Source: Puccinia triticina (lineage: Eukaryota). From it: a stretch of 64,000 nucleotides of DNA. Made by a program: the position numbers and the translations under genes. This document shows positions 52,706 through 64,000 of this stretch, piece by piece. Below the pieces are notes generated by a model, which did not search any database, was not told the DNA's origin, and saw only the letters and a program-made list of their open reading frames with translations. Within the stretch, counting starts at the first letter, position 1. Each line of letters starts with the position of its first letter. The stretch covers positions 5,518,001 to 5,582,000 of the forward strand of contig CP110439.1 in the NCBI GenBank assembly GCA_026914245.1, given 5' to 3'.

Positions 52706-53183
52706 GGCCTCCACAATTGCTAACCGGTCAATGATTCCATTAGTCTGGAGGGTGACCCAATCGATTGTTTGAGCCGCTGAATGTCTTTTGAGCTTCCCGC
52801 TGGGCTGCTTGCGCTTCACTTTGCCTGAGCCGCCGGGCTTCTTGCGCATCAGTTCATCTGAGCTGCTGGGCCATTTGAGCCTCCAAGTTGTCTATTTGCT
52901 GGACAACAGCCTTGATGATTGTTTGACCGTGCGGTACATTGCGGCATGCAGTTCTTAAACGGTCAATCAATAATCAAGGCTGTTTTCCAGCAAATAGCCA
53001 ACTCGGAGGCTTGAATGGCCCGGCGGCTCAGACGAACTGATGCGCAAGCAGCCCGGTGGCTCAGACAAAGTGAAGAGCAAGCAGCCCAGGGGGAAGCTTG
53101 AAAGACAGTCAGCAGCTCAAACAATTGATCAGGTCACCCTCCAGACTAATGGAATCATTGACTGGTTAGAAATTGTGGAGGCC
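52706..53183. mobile_element. Long imperfect palindrome (225-bp arms, 29-bp loop), MITE-like
   Basis: 52706-52930 is the reverse complement of 52960-53183 with scattered mismatches. Confidence 0.85.
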
Positions 53184-53351
53184 TACCCCACCAGCATCTC
53201 ACGTCTGTTCAATGACATAAACCCCTCCGTCAATCAGTCTTTTTGTCGACAGCGTGGCCTCAGGAACAACTGATACCACTCCTCATTGTGTACATATGTA
53301 CAGCTCAATTTATACATCATTCATTATCTGTGTTAGGCTCAACCAATAAAA

Positions 53352-56300
53352 GCATACTCCGTTATAGGATTGTACCAAAGCACACTCCGTTATAGGAGTG
53401 TGCCAAAGCACACTCCGTTTTTAGGAGTGTGCCAAAGCACACTCCGTTTTTAGGAGTGTGCCAAAGCACACTCCGTTTGTAGGAGTGTGCCAAAGCACAC
53501 TCCGTTTGTAGGAGTGTGCCAAAGCACACTCCGTTTGTAGGAGTGTGCCAAAGCACACTCCGTTTGTAGGAGTGTGCCAAAGCACACTCCGTTTGTAGGA
53601 GTGTGCCAAAGCACACTCCGTTTGTAGGAGTGTGCCAAAGCACACTCCGTTTGTAGGAGTGTGCCAAAGCACACTCCGTTTGTAGGAGTGTGCCAAAGCA
53701 CACTCCGTTTGTAGGAGTGTGCCAAAGCACACTCCGTTTGTAGGAGTGTGCCAAAGCACACTCCGTTTGTAGGAGTGTGCCAAAGCACACTCCGTTTGTA
53801 GGAGTGTGCCAAAGCACACTCCGTTTGTAGGAGTGTGCCAAAGCACACTCCGTTTGTAGGAGTGTGCCAAAGCACACTCCGTTTGTAGGAGTGTGCCAAA
53901 GCACACTCCGTTTGTAGGAGTGTGCCAAAGCACACTCCGTTTGTAGGAGTGTGCCAAAGCACACTCCGTTTGTAGGAGTGTGCCAAAGCACACTCCGTTT
54001 GTAGGAGTGTGCCAAAGCACACTCCGTTTGTAGGAGTGTGCCAAAGCACACTCCGTTTGTAGGAGTGTGCCAAAGCACACTCCGTTTGTAGGAGTGTGCC
54101 AAAGCACACTCCGTTTGTAGGAGTGTGCCAAAGCACACTCCGTTTGTAGGAGTGTGCCAAAGCACACTCCGTTTGTAGGAGTGTGCCAAAGCACACTCCG
54201 TTTGTAGGAGTGTGCCAAAGCACACTCCGTTTGTAGGAGTGTGCCAAAGCACACTCCGTTTGTAGGAGTGTGCCAAAGCACACTCCGTTTGTAGGAGTGT
54301 GCCAAAGCACACTCCGTTTGTAGGAGTGTGCCAAAGCACACTCCGTTTGTAGGAGTGTGCCAAAGCACACTCCGTTTGTAGGAGTGTGCCAAAGCACACT
54401 CCGTTTGTAGGAGTGTGCCAAAGCACACTCCGTTTGTAGGAGTGTGCCAAAGCACACTCCGTTTGTAGGAGTGTGCCAAAGCACACTCCGTTTGTAGGAG
54501 TGTGCCAAAGCACACTCCGTTTGTAGGAGTGTGCCAAAGCACACTCCGTTTGTAGGAGTGTGCCAAAGCACACTCCGTTTGTAGGAGTGTGCCAAAGCAC
54601 ACTCCGTTTGTAGGAGTGTGCCAAAGCACACTCCGTTTGTAGGAGTGTGCCAAAGCACACTCCGTTTGTAGGAGTGTGCCAAAGCACACTCCGTTTGTAG
54701 GAGTGTGCCAAAGCACACTCCGTTTGTAGGAGTGTGCCAAAGCACACTCCGTTTGTAGGAGTGTGCCAAAGCACACTCCGTTTGTAGGAGTGTGCCAAAG
54801 CACACTCCGTTTGTAGGAGTGTGCCAAAGCACACTCCGTTTGTAGGAGTGTGCCAAAGCACACTCCGTTTGTAGGAGTGTGCCAAAGCACACTCCGTTTG
54901 TAGGAGTGTGCCAAAGCACACTCCGTTTGTAGGAGTGTGCCAAAGCACACTCCGTTTGTAGGAGTGTGCCAAAGCACACTCCGTTTGTAGGAGTGTGCCA
55001 AAGCACACTCCGTTTGTAGGAGTGTGCCAAAGCACACTCCGTTTGTAGGAGTGTGCCAAAGCACACTCCGTTTGTAGGAGTGTGCCAAAGCACACTCCGT
55101 TTGTAGGAGTGTGCCAAAGCACACTCCGTTTGTAGGAGTGTGCCAAAGCACACTCCGTTTGTAGGAGTGTGCCAAAGCACACTCCGTTTGTAGGAGTGTG
55201 CCAAAGCACACTCCGTTTGTAGGAGTGTGCCAAAGCACACTCCGTTTGTAGGAGTGTGCCAAAGCACACTCCGTTTGTAGGAGTGTGCCAAAGCACACTC
55301 CGTTTGTAGGAATGTGCCAAAGCACACTCCGTTTGTAGGAGTGTGCCAAAGCACACTCCGTTTGTAGGAGTGTGCCAAAGCAGACTCCGTTTGTAGGAGT
55401 GTGCCAAAGCACACTCCCTTTGTAGGAGTGTGCCAAAGCACACTCCGTTTGTAGGAGTGTGCCAAAGCACACTCCCTTTGTAGGAGTGTGCCAAAGCACA
55501 CTCCGTTTGTAGGAGTGTGCCAAAGCACACTCCCTTTGTAGGAGTGTGCCAAAGCACACTCCCTTTGTAGGAGTGTGCCAAAGCACACTCCGTTTGTAGG
55601 AGTGTGCCAAAGCACACTCCGTTTGTAGGAGTGTGCCAAAGCACACTCCGTTTGTAGGAGTGTGCCAAAGCACACTCCGTTTGTAGGAGTGTGCCAAAGC
55701 ACACTCCGTTTGTAGGAATGTGCCAAAGCACACTCCGTTTGTAGGAGTGTGCCAAAGCACACTCCGTTTGTAGGAATGTGCCAAAGCACACTCCGTTTGT
55801 AGGAGTGTGCCAAAGCACACTCCGTTTGTAGGAGTGTGCCAAAGCAGACTCCGTTTGTAGGAGTGTGCCAAAGCACACTCCGTTTGTAGGAGTGTGCCAA
55901 AGCACACTCCGTTGTGGGAGTGTGCCAAAGCACACTCCGTTGTAGGAGTGTGCCAAAGCACACTCCGTTGTAGGAGTGTGCCAAAGCACACTCCGTTGTA
56001 GGAGTGTGCCAAAGCACACTCCGTTGTAGGAGTGTGCCAAAGCACACTCCGTTTTAGGAGTGTGCCAAAGCACACTCCGTTTTAGGAGTGTGCCAAAGCA
56101 CACTCCGTTTTAGGAGTGTGCCAAAGCACACTCCGTTTTAGGAGTGTGCCAAAGCACACTCCGTTTTAGGAGTGTGCCAAAGCACACTCCGTTTTAGGAG
56201 TGTGCCAAAGCACACTCCGTTTTAGGAGTGTGCCAAAGCACACTCCGTTTTAGGAGTGTGCCAAAGCACACTCCGTTTTAGGAGTGTGCCAAAGCACACT

Positions 56301-56480
56301 CCGTTTTAGGAGTGTGCCAAAGCACACTCCGTTTTAGGAGTGTGCCAAAGCACACTCCGTTTTAGGAGTGTGCCAAAGCACACTCCCTTTTAGGAGTGTG
56401 CCAAAGCACACTCCCTTTTAGGAGTGTGCCAAAGCACATTCCGTTTTAGGAGTGTGCCAAAGCACACTCTGTTGTAGGAG
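53352..56480 (-). repeat. 29/28-bp hairpin satellite array 3 (~108 units, inverted; linker TACAAAC, then TACAAC/TAAAAC toward the right end)
   Basis: (GGAGTGTGCCAAAGCACACTCCGTTTGTA)n on +; 28-bp variants from ~55910. Confidence 0.99.
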
Positions 56481-57618
56481 GAGTTTTGTTTCCTTTTTTA
56501 TCTTGCCGTCTGGTGAGCTGCAGCTTTTACATTGTTTGTTACATCTTGGATATTAAGATTTGAGATTTTTATTGTTTGTCATGATGGAAAGGATGAGGGT
56601 GGTTATCTGTGTTGGAATATAGATGATGACAGAGCTTGTTGGTGTAGAATGAAGTTTGTTGGTTTGGATTGTCAATTGTGTAAAATATGGGGTTAAACTA
56701 AGGGCCCTAACCCGGGATAACTTAGCGCCTGGTGTGAATGGTCTCAGGAGACTGCCCCTAAACCCAGGGCCAACCCAACCTCCATACAATGGCATTGGGT
56801 TGGCGGGTTTGGCCAGCTTATTTTCCAATCTGCCTCCACCCAACCCAAAACAAATAGGCTGGCTGCTATGGTTGTTGGCACCATCCCCCATGGTGCGCCT
56901 AGGTGTGCCCGCCCCACACCTGCGCACTTTTTCCAAAAAATGGGGGTCAGTGCACACCCAAGAAGGCTGGTTTTGCAAGTTGGAAAATGGATTGAAACAA
57001 GTCCCAGGGCCATCAAATGGTACCTCACTTGGTAGATTCAGAATTAGTGAATAAGCTTGCTATCAGTCTCCTGCAGATTGTTCCTCATGCTGCTGGAGTC
57101 AAGGGACTGTTTTTGATGATGGCCGCAATGAAGGCCAAAACCCAAAATCAAATTTTGCCAAATACATTGAAAATGATATCTCAAATAAAACTGCTAAGAA
57201 CTCAAAAACAGTACAAAGAAGACTCCAAGCATGAAAGCATGAAATCATAAAACTCCTTTCTTGCTCCAGCCAAACTATAAGCATTTGAAGTAAGGATGAA
57301 CATTGGTACCTGTTTGGGGGTACCCGGCACCAGCCAGCCCGGTACCGCTGGCACCAGCCAGGCACCAGCTGGGTGGTGCCAGGTGTCTGTTTTGGGACAG
57401 AAATCCAGGAGGTACCCTGGTACCCTCTGCATGTACTGCCTCACCCCAGTAATATTCCCCAGGGGGGCTGCCATGTGCGGCAACGAGACTGTACAATGGA
57501 CCTGTGATAGGGATGATAATTTGGCGGGCTCAAAAAAATAGTACATTTTTTTATTTTTAACATTAGTTTTGCCTTTTACTGCGTTATAATGTGTTCCTAA
57601 CTTATCACAAGGGAGGGG
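56481..57618 (+). repeat. Duplicated block copy B (insertion-free version of 8563-13541)
   Basis: Near-identical sequence and mirrored ORF translations; lacks both insertions. Confidence 0.93.
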
Positions 57619-57985
57619 CAACCTGTCCATTTGCATGCAAACGGACAGGACACTGATGTTTTGTCATGTCCGTTTGCGTGCAAACAGACAGGAAAGAGCC
57701 AATGTTTTGTCCTGTCCGTTTGTGTGCAAACAGACAGGACAGAGCCAATGTTTTGTCCTGTCTGTGTGCGTGCAAACAGACAGGACACCAGTGTTTTGTC
57801 CTGTCCTTTTGCCTGCAAACAGACAGAGGTCCTGTGACACTGTTTCAGACTTGTCACAGGTCCGTTGTTTGCATACATATCTGATTGCACTCACCACCTC
57901 AGATCCTTCTGGTACTGCTGGTACCCGCCGGCACCAAGCGTGGGATGAGGTACTTGTCTCACGGGAAGATGCCTTCATGGGATGT

Positions 57986-59080
57986 TGTCAGCCGGGCTAC
58001 TATAATAAGTTAGAGCCCGGCTAACTATTGTAGCATAATAAAAATTGCACGTAATAATAGCGGCGCAGAGCGCCGCGTACATAATATGGTTCTTTCTGGT
58101 AAAAAGACCTAACTGCGGCGCAGAGCGCCGCGTACATAAAAAATAAAGATTCCTTAGACAAGTAAGGAAAACAAAGCTCCGGCTGAAGAATCGGCAAGAG
58201 AAAGAAAGTTAGTTCAAACCCGTTCTCAAGCCAAGAGAACGGGCCGTCAGATAATCTCAGGAGACTACTAAACCGAGAGTAGTCCCCATGAGAAATAGAA
58301 GACTTCGGCCAGGGAGGAGAGAAACAGAACTATACCATTCCTCCTCCCCCGGCCAACGATTAAACAACTGATCACGCTATTCCTCGAGCCGAGGAATAGC
58401 AAATGGATCTTATGACAAATAGAAAAACGAACGGGAGTGAAGGGACCAATAGAATCCCCCTTCACTCCCGTCACTCTTGTCAGAAGCACGCTTCCTCCGG
58501 CCGAGAACCCGAGGAAGCCTGTGCAAGAAAAGCTACAACCCTACCGGTTGTAGCTCGGATATTTAAACGAGGGCCTTTGGGCGAAGGAAGGCCCCTCAGA
58601 TACCTTTCATAACCAGCTCGACGCCCAGCCAGTCTCGTCACTCGTCCTACCGACCAGTACGCCAGCCTGCCTTTGCCTCGACTTTGGTTTTTATCGGATC
58701 GCTCGTGTTTTTTTTGCCGCAGACTTCCTTTTACAAGTAAGTCTGCGTTTTTTTTCTTTCTACCGGGATTTCCATCCCTTTATATCTCCTGGGAGCGTTT
58801 CGACGTGCAAATACCCCCTTGTTAAGGGCCCCAGACGCCACAGGTCACAAAAACCCCTACGCATTTCGTGCGCAGGCCCTGTAAGAACTGCGGAGGGCAC
58901 TAAAACACCCCAGGCGCCCCTGGCCCCTCCGTTAAACCTAATTTTTTGGTTCATTAGAAATAGCTTTCTAAAGCTATTTCGCACTTTTACCGCGCTTTTG
59001 CTGCGCGCGCTACTGTACCGTGCTCTGTTGCCGGCGTAGCTAGAAGAGCACTCGTGCTCTTGGCATCACCAAGCCTGACA
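57986..59080. mobile_element. Solo LTR (1095 bp, Gypsy-like)
   Basis: TGTCAG..CTGACA ends with 5-bp TSD GATGT. Confidence 0.85.
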
Positions 59081-59085
59081 GATGT

Positions 59086-59899
59086 TGTGGCAGACGGAAA
59101 AGTGAAAAAATCAAAAGTTTTTTCTATACTACATATTTACTCACAATATGCCTCAAGATACCACCAAATGGACCTCATAAATGGATTCTACGGCCAATTT
59201 TACCCCTAGTCACCACTGGAAGCCTCACTGGAAGCCTGCTGGATTGGAAGTTACACCCTCTTGGACCCTTATGGACACAGCCAGCCCCAGTCATCAACCT
59301 GTCACACCCCTCAAGTCACCTTTCCCAGGTATACACATACTCAGCCCCAGCCAAACACATACTTTTGCTTATCCCTCTTATCTCCACTGCATATGCAGGG
59401 GCCCAACCCCATTTCTTCTGTATTTGACATGTCCCCGCTTCATTTATGCACCCCTTGCAGCTGCATGCAGTCTTCTGACCCCATTTCTGCACTCCTTGCA
59501 TTAGTCTGACACCACTCATGAACCCCTGTATTTGAAATTTCCCCACTTTGTTTATGCACTCCTTGCATTATTATGGGATCATCTTTCATTTCTCACCCCA
59601 CTTTTTGCCTGTATTTAGTATCTTCTGTCACCACTTGTACGCAGCCCACCAGCTAAAATCCATCATCCAGGGTCCCCCTTGTAGCTAAAATCCCTCACAT
59701 TTGTCTTTATAAGGAGCTCTCTCCCCCCCAGTTGTTTTTCCTCAGTCCAGTACCCACCAGTTATACAGACATCACCCATCAGCCATTATCTTTATCCTTA
59801 TACTTTATATCATATAACATACCATATCATCCCTCTCATCTGCAATAACACTGAACTCACTCTCATCTCTCTTGGTTGACATATCACATGCCTGTCACA
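59086..59899. mobile_element. Possible older LTR
   Basis: TGTGGCAG..CTGTCACA near-inverted ends, TATA-like and pyrimidine-rich 3' part. No TSD. Confidence 0.4.
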
Positions 59900-60572
59900 A
59901 GTTACCGCGTTCTTGGTTCAACTCCCGACTGAGACATATACACTTCTCAGCCTAGGTACTCCTCTCAATGTTTTATATCACCCTCTTGAGGACCTGTGTC
60001 CAACCCCCACCGGAAACATCAATTCAACTTTCACCCTTCCCACTCCTCATAAACTCTCTCATCTTTCACATACAGAAAGGCCAGGAAAGCTTGCGGGTCC
60101 GGCAGCCAGAATATCCACCAAACATGCCAGTCCACCTCCGCCACCGGACCTTCCAAACCTTCCAAACCTTCCAATTATTCCCCCTTCTTCCACCTTTGTC
60201 CGTCCCATCCCCCCCCCCCCCCCCCCTCCAGCAATGATGCCCCCCGACAAAATCCCCCCTCCCCGCCCGACCGGACCCACCCACAACCCTGCCAGCCAGC
60301 CAGCCACCCCACCGCCAAACGTTTTCTTTTTTGCCGCGATCGGTGAGCCTGCCCCTCCCCCCCAAAAAAAAAACCCTCAGCTGACCCCCCAACCCCCTCC
60401 GTCCATTGCCCGGCCCACCTTCCAGACCAGCACGAGGCTGTTGACTGCACCGCCAAAAGATTATTGGCCCTTGTACACCCATCATTCAAGAAGCTGGTGC
60501 GTTGTTTCCCCTTCCCTACTGCGCCCCGCATCATTCCGACTCTTTCTGACCGTTTGCCCATCTGATCAGACC

Positions 60573-62985
60573 ATGCAGAACAAAACCCCCGCAACCACCC
60601 GTTTTACGCTCACCCGGGGCACCTTGGAGCCGCTGCTGTTTGCAAACGTCCCGGGTGAGACACAGGAGTTGTACCTTGGTCCCTCCCAGCCACCGGACTT
60701 GCAGGTGGCTGCCTGCAAGCTATTCTACAAGGGTTTGACAACCCAACGCGACCACCCAAATGCCACTGGACCCCCAACCAAGCCGCCCCCACAGCCGCGC
60801 AACATTCACATCAAGCACTGCATCTTTCAACAAACAGTGGCGGGCCAGCTGGCCATGGCCAATCCAAACGCGGTCGTCCACATAAAGCAAGCGCTTGCGG
60901 AGGTGCAAAAACACTGGGAGAAGGTGACCCCAAATGGCACCGCCGTCTTGTTGTCGTTTGTGCAGCGGGTCACCTGGGCGCAGTTCCGTTTGGATGTTGT
61001 GGTGGCCCTGGGTAAGACCAAGACGCATCTCGGGACGCACATTGACTTGATGGACATCAACGGTCTCCTCAAGTGGCAGGTAGCGGTGAAGAAGCATCCC
61101 GTCTTTGGAGTTGGCCGGAACACCATCATTGCATCGGACGCGGACTTTGATTCTTACGTGGACGCAATCGTGTCAAAGCCCGACTCCGAGGTGATCATCC
61201 GGGTCATCATGGCCAACCCCTGCCAAATGGCCAAAGACCGGGAAACTGTGAGTTCAGCGGTTCTCTGAACGCTCCCTCCTTTGAGTATTGACGGCTTGTG
61301 TCATGCTGCGCAGGAGCGCGCTCAGTCCGACGCCCTGGCAATAGCCTATGGGTCCAACGACAACCAATTGGTGCTCAAAAGGGCCAGTGTCCAAGTTGCC
61401 CGCAATGTAAGTCGCGGACAAGCTTTTTTCTTCAACTGGAGAGGGGCTAATATTTTTGATTGGTCAGCCCCATGCAGACGTTGATGCTCAGGAACGGATG
61501 AGGATCACCCAAGATCTCTACGAGTATCACCGCCAACTTTACGGTGGCAATCGCGGGTCCATGCGCATCAAAGACCCAGCCAACCCCGCAAGATCTTTCT
61601 GTGTCACTGCCGACGGATATAAGACTTGGGCAATGGCAATAATGCACAGCGCACGGGGGGTTGATCAGGATCACCCACCCAGAACTGATCAGTTCGTCTC
61701 GGAGAAGGAGGTTGTTTACTCCCTGGCCGAGTTGGCTGCCCAGGCATCCAATTGCCTGTCCAAACACAAGTCCGCCGCCACCGCTCCAGAAGATCCACCA
61801 TCAGGACTCCCAACGCTTGCTCAATCTACCCCGGCTGTGGATAAGGGGGGCCCACGGCTCCCAGTGTTTGCATTGGTGAGCCAACAGGCGAGCTCAGAGG
61901 GGGCTGGGTCCCCACGCCCGCGCTTGGCCACGGATACAGCCGACCCCAGCAGGGCCACGTTGCGTCCCCCCATCGGGGCATCAACACCTTCCACCCCTGT
62001 GTACACGCCCGTCCGCAGATCCGTGTCTGGTCAATTTTTACCGCCACGTGTGGTGCCAACAGCCGCTGGGGCGCAACCAAGCCCTCCGGCCAGATTCAAT
62101 ATTCCCTTGCCGTCGCCCACAAAGGACTCTGCGGATTCATTGTTTCCAATAAGCGAGGCGGCTCAGGCGGCCGCAGACAAGCTTGACCTCTCAGACCAAG
62201 ACAAGCTTCCTTTTAGCCCGGACCCATCTGTACACGTGTGTTCAACCCGTCAGAACAGCTTGGCAAGCACCAACATCAAAATCCTCCCGCCGCCCAAGTC
62301 AGACGTAGATAGGAAGGGGTTTGTCCATTGATCTCCTGCATGCAAGATTGCGCGCAGCCCGCACGGGGATGGCATTGCTCACACAATCAGCCGCCTCAAC
62401 TTTGGGAGGGCCAGATCCCCAATTCGCGCCCGGCCCGTTTCGCCAACTCGCAAGACTCCTGCAACTTGTTCCCGCTCTGATTCCATGGCCTCATGGTTTA
62501 CCAAGTCTGTGCCCACCGCCAACTACCCGCTCAACGACGCGGGGAAGGCCCTCACAATGGAAGCCTTTCTAGACTTATTGTGTTTTGACAAGGGGGATGT
62601 TATCACCCATGGGTTACTCGCGATGTCCCACATCCGCCGATGGGACTTTTTCCTGCAGACCTCCCCTAGGGTATTGGAAACAAAGTTTGGCTTTCCCTAT
62701 GCAATTGCTTGCCAGTAGATCAAGGGGGCCATGTGGCTCATTCTGACCCACGTGATTGTCCCCAACCCAAAAGGACATACAAGCCCTCCCCGCCAACCAA
62801 TCTCACACAACAAATTCCCGGCGGCCCATCCAAGCAATATCTCCCACGAGCCGCCCATCACGACGGCAATTGCCCCACCCCCTCAAAACTCTGCCAGCGC
62901 CGGCGGCCCGCCTGCTCACACGGAGGATCACCCCACGGGCCATGGTACCGATGAGACCACCGCCGACGGCACCCGCAGGGCGTGA
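60573..62985 (+). pseudogene. Three-exon hypothetical gene (exons 60573-61247, 61314-61406, 61468-62985) with in-frame stops at 62329 and 62716
   Basis: GTGAGT..CAG and GTAAGT..GCTAAT..CAG introns preserve frame. ORFs 61456, 62485 and 62731 share one frame. Globular N-terminus, Pro/Ser-rich linker and a small helical C-terminal domain. Start uncertain. Confidence 0.7.
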
Positions 62986-63339
62986 TTGACCATCTAGTTC
63001 ATGGCTGCCAGGGGAGCCATTATGCACAAGCTAGGCCTGGATTCGTGGCCGGCCGGGCTACAATATAACTATTTTATCTAGTCTCACTCTACTTATATCT
63101 AGTATTAGTAAAAATATTGATCCCGGCGTTGATTGCTAGCCGCTATGGCCCATTTCCTCTTTATCTTGCTCCCACTTTATCTCGTCCAAATAAAACCATC
63201 GACCCCGGCTCTGATTGATGTCCGGGCGCGGCGCGCAGTTACCAACTGAAATATAGCTGTTTTTCCTTTTTTCTACTGTTTGTTCCCAAATGGTGATTCC
63301 ACCTGTTATCCGCCATTTGCCACAGTAATACACAACTGA

Positions 63340-63625
63340 GAGAGACCCAGGCGCCGCTGACGCCTTGTGCGGAAAACTGCTTGCGAGACCGCCCCCAGGG
63401 GCGACTGCTGACTTGGCGGATAACAGCCCCCAGGCGCAAATGAGGACTTGTGCGGAATACTGCTTGCAAAGCAGCCCCCAGGGGCTAATGCTGACTTGGT
63501 GGATAACAGCCCCCAGGCGCAACTGAGGACTTCTGCGGAAAACTGCATGCAAAGCAGCCCCCAGGGGCAAATGCTGACTTGGCAGATAACAGCCCCAACG
63601 GGCGACTGCTGACTTACGCAGCCAA
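63340..63625. repeat. Degenerate ~89-bp tandem repeat (two ~45-bp subunits)
   Basis: Recurrent CCCCCAGGGGC..TGCTGACTTGGCGGATAACAGCCCCCAGGCGCAA units. Confidence 0.75.
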
Positions 63626-64000
63626 CAAGGACTTGCCCGTGGCAAGCGCGGGACTTCAGCCTTGACCAATGACTTACGGGCCGCTTTAAAGTGATGTGGG
63701 GTGTCAATATCTGGAGCCCCACAAAGGAGGTATAGCTAAATTGCAAGAATAAATTTCAATTTGATTGATTAAAAAATGATTCAGAAAGGAGGAAGAAAAA
63801 GAATAGAAAAGGAACAAGGGGAGACATGGTGGGCCTCTGTTGAATCAGAAAGGAGGAAGTCAAATAATAGAAAAGGAACAAATAATAATAGCAAAGGAAC
63901 AAGGGGAGACATGGTGGGCCTCCGCACCGCGCTGATGCCCACCATCAGAAGCCCCCTGCAGAGTACCCACTGCCAAGAAAGAGGTTCCTCATCATACGAG

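Noticed and set aside
53362..56103. 865-913 aa repeat proteins in three minus frames
   Set aside because: Arithmetic result of a stop-free 29-mer. They start at GTG within the repeat, and sister array 1 has stops in the same orientation.
38803..56480. CRISPR array (palindromic ~29-bp repeats)
   Set aside because: No unique spacers (linkers are 6-7 bp and repeated), no cas genes, and a eukaryotic intron-containing context.
59910..59932. tRNA T-loop-like GGTTCAACTCC after the putative LTR
   Set aside because: Too short, and in sense orientation, so it is neither a PBS nor a tRNA.

Overview
Eukaryotic, intron-containing, repeat-saturated DNA. It is most consistent with a rust fungus (Pucciniales); that assignment is inferred from the gene and TE families and from CpG/TpCpG-biased decay. 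Only the first ~3.9 kb is ordinary: the 3' exons of a TRM5-like tRNA methyltransferase (+) converge on a 3-exon mitochondrial IF2 gene (-). The rest is nested mobile DNA: two full-length but dead Copia elements with TSDs, a gag-only LTR element, two DIRS-like gag/RT elements, at least four solo LTRs, several MITEs, a vWA-domain pseudogene split by a Copia, and two other pseudogenes. The most striking structure is a 29-bp hairpin satellite (GGAGTGTGC-TTTG-GCACACTCC plus a TA-N2/3-AC linker). It occurs as ~117, 8, ~2.5 and ~108 copies (the last array inverted) and as a lone monomer at 8.3 kb, beside a block that is duplicated next to the inverted array. It is not CRISPR, because there are no unique spacers. 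At least four other unrelated hairpin-forming repeat families and two long fold-backs also occur. No database searches were run; all family calls rest on motif recognition.
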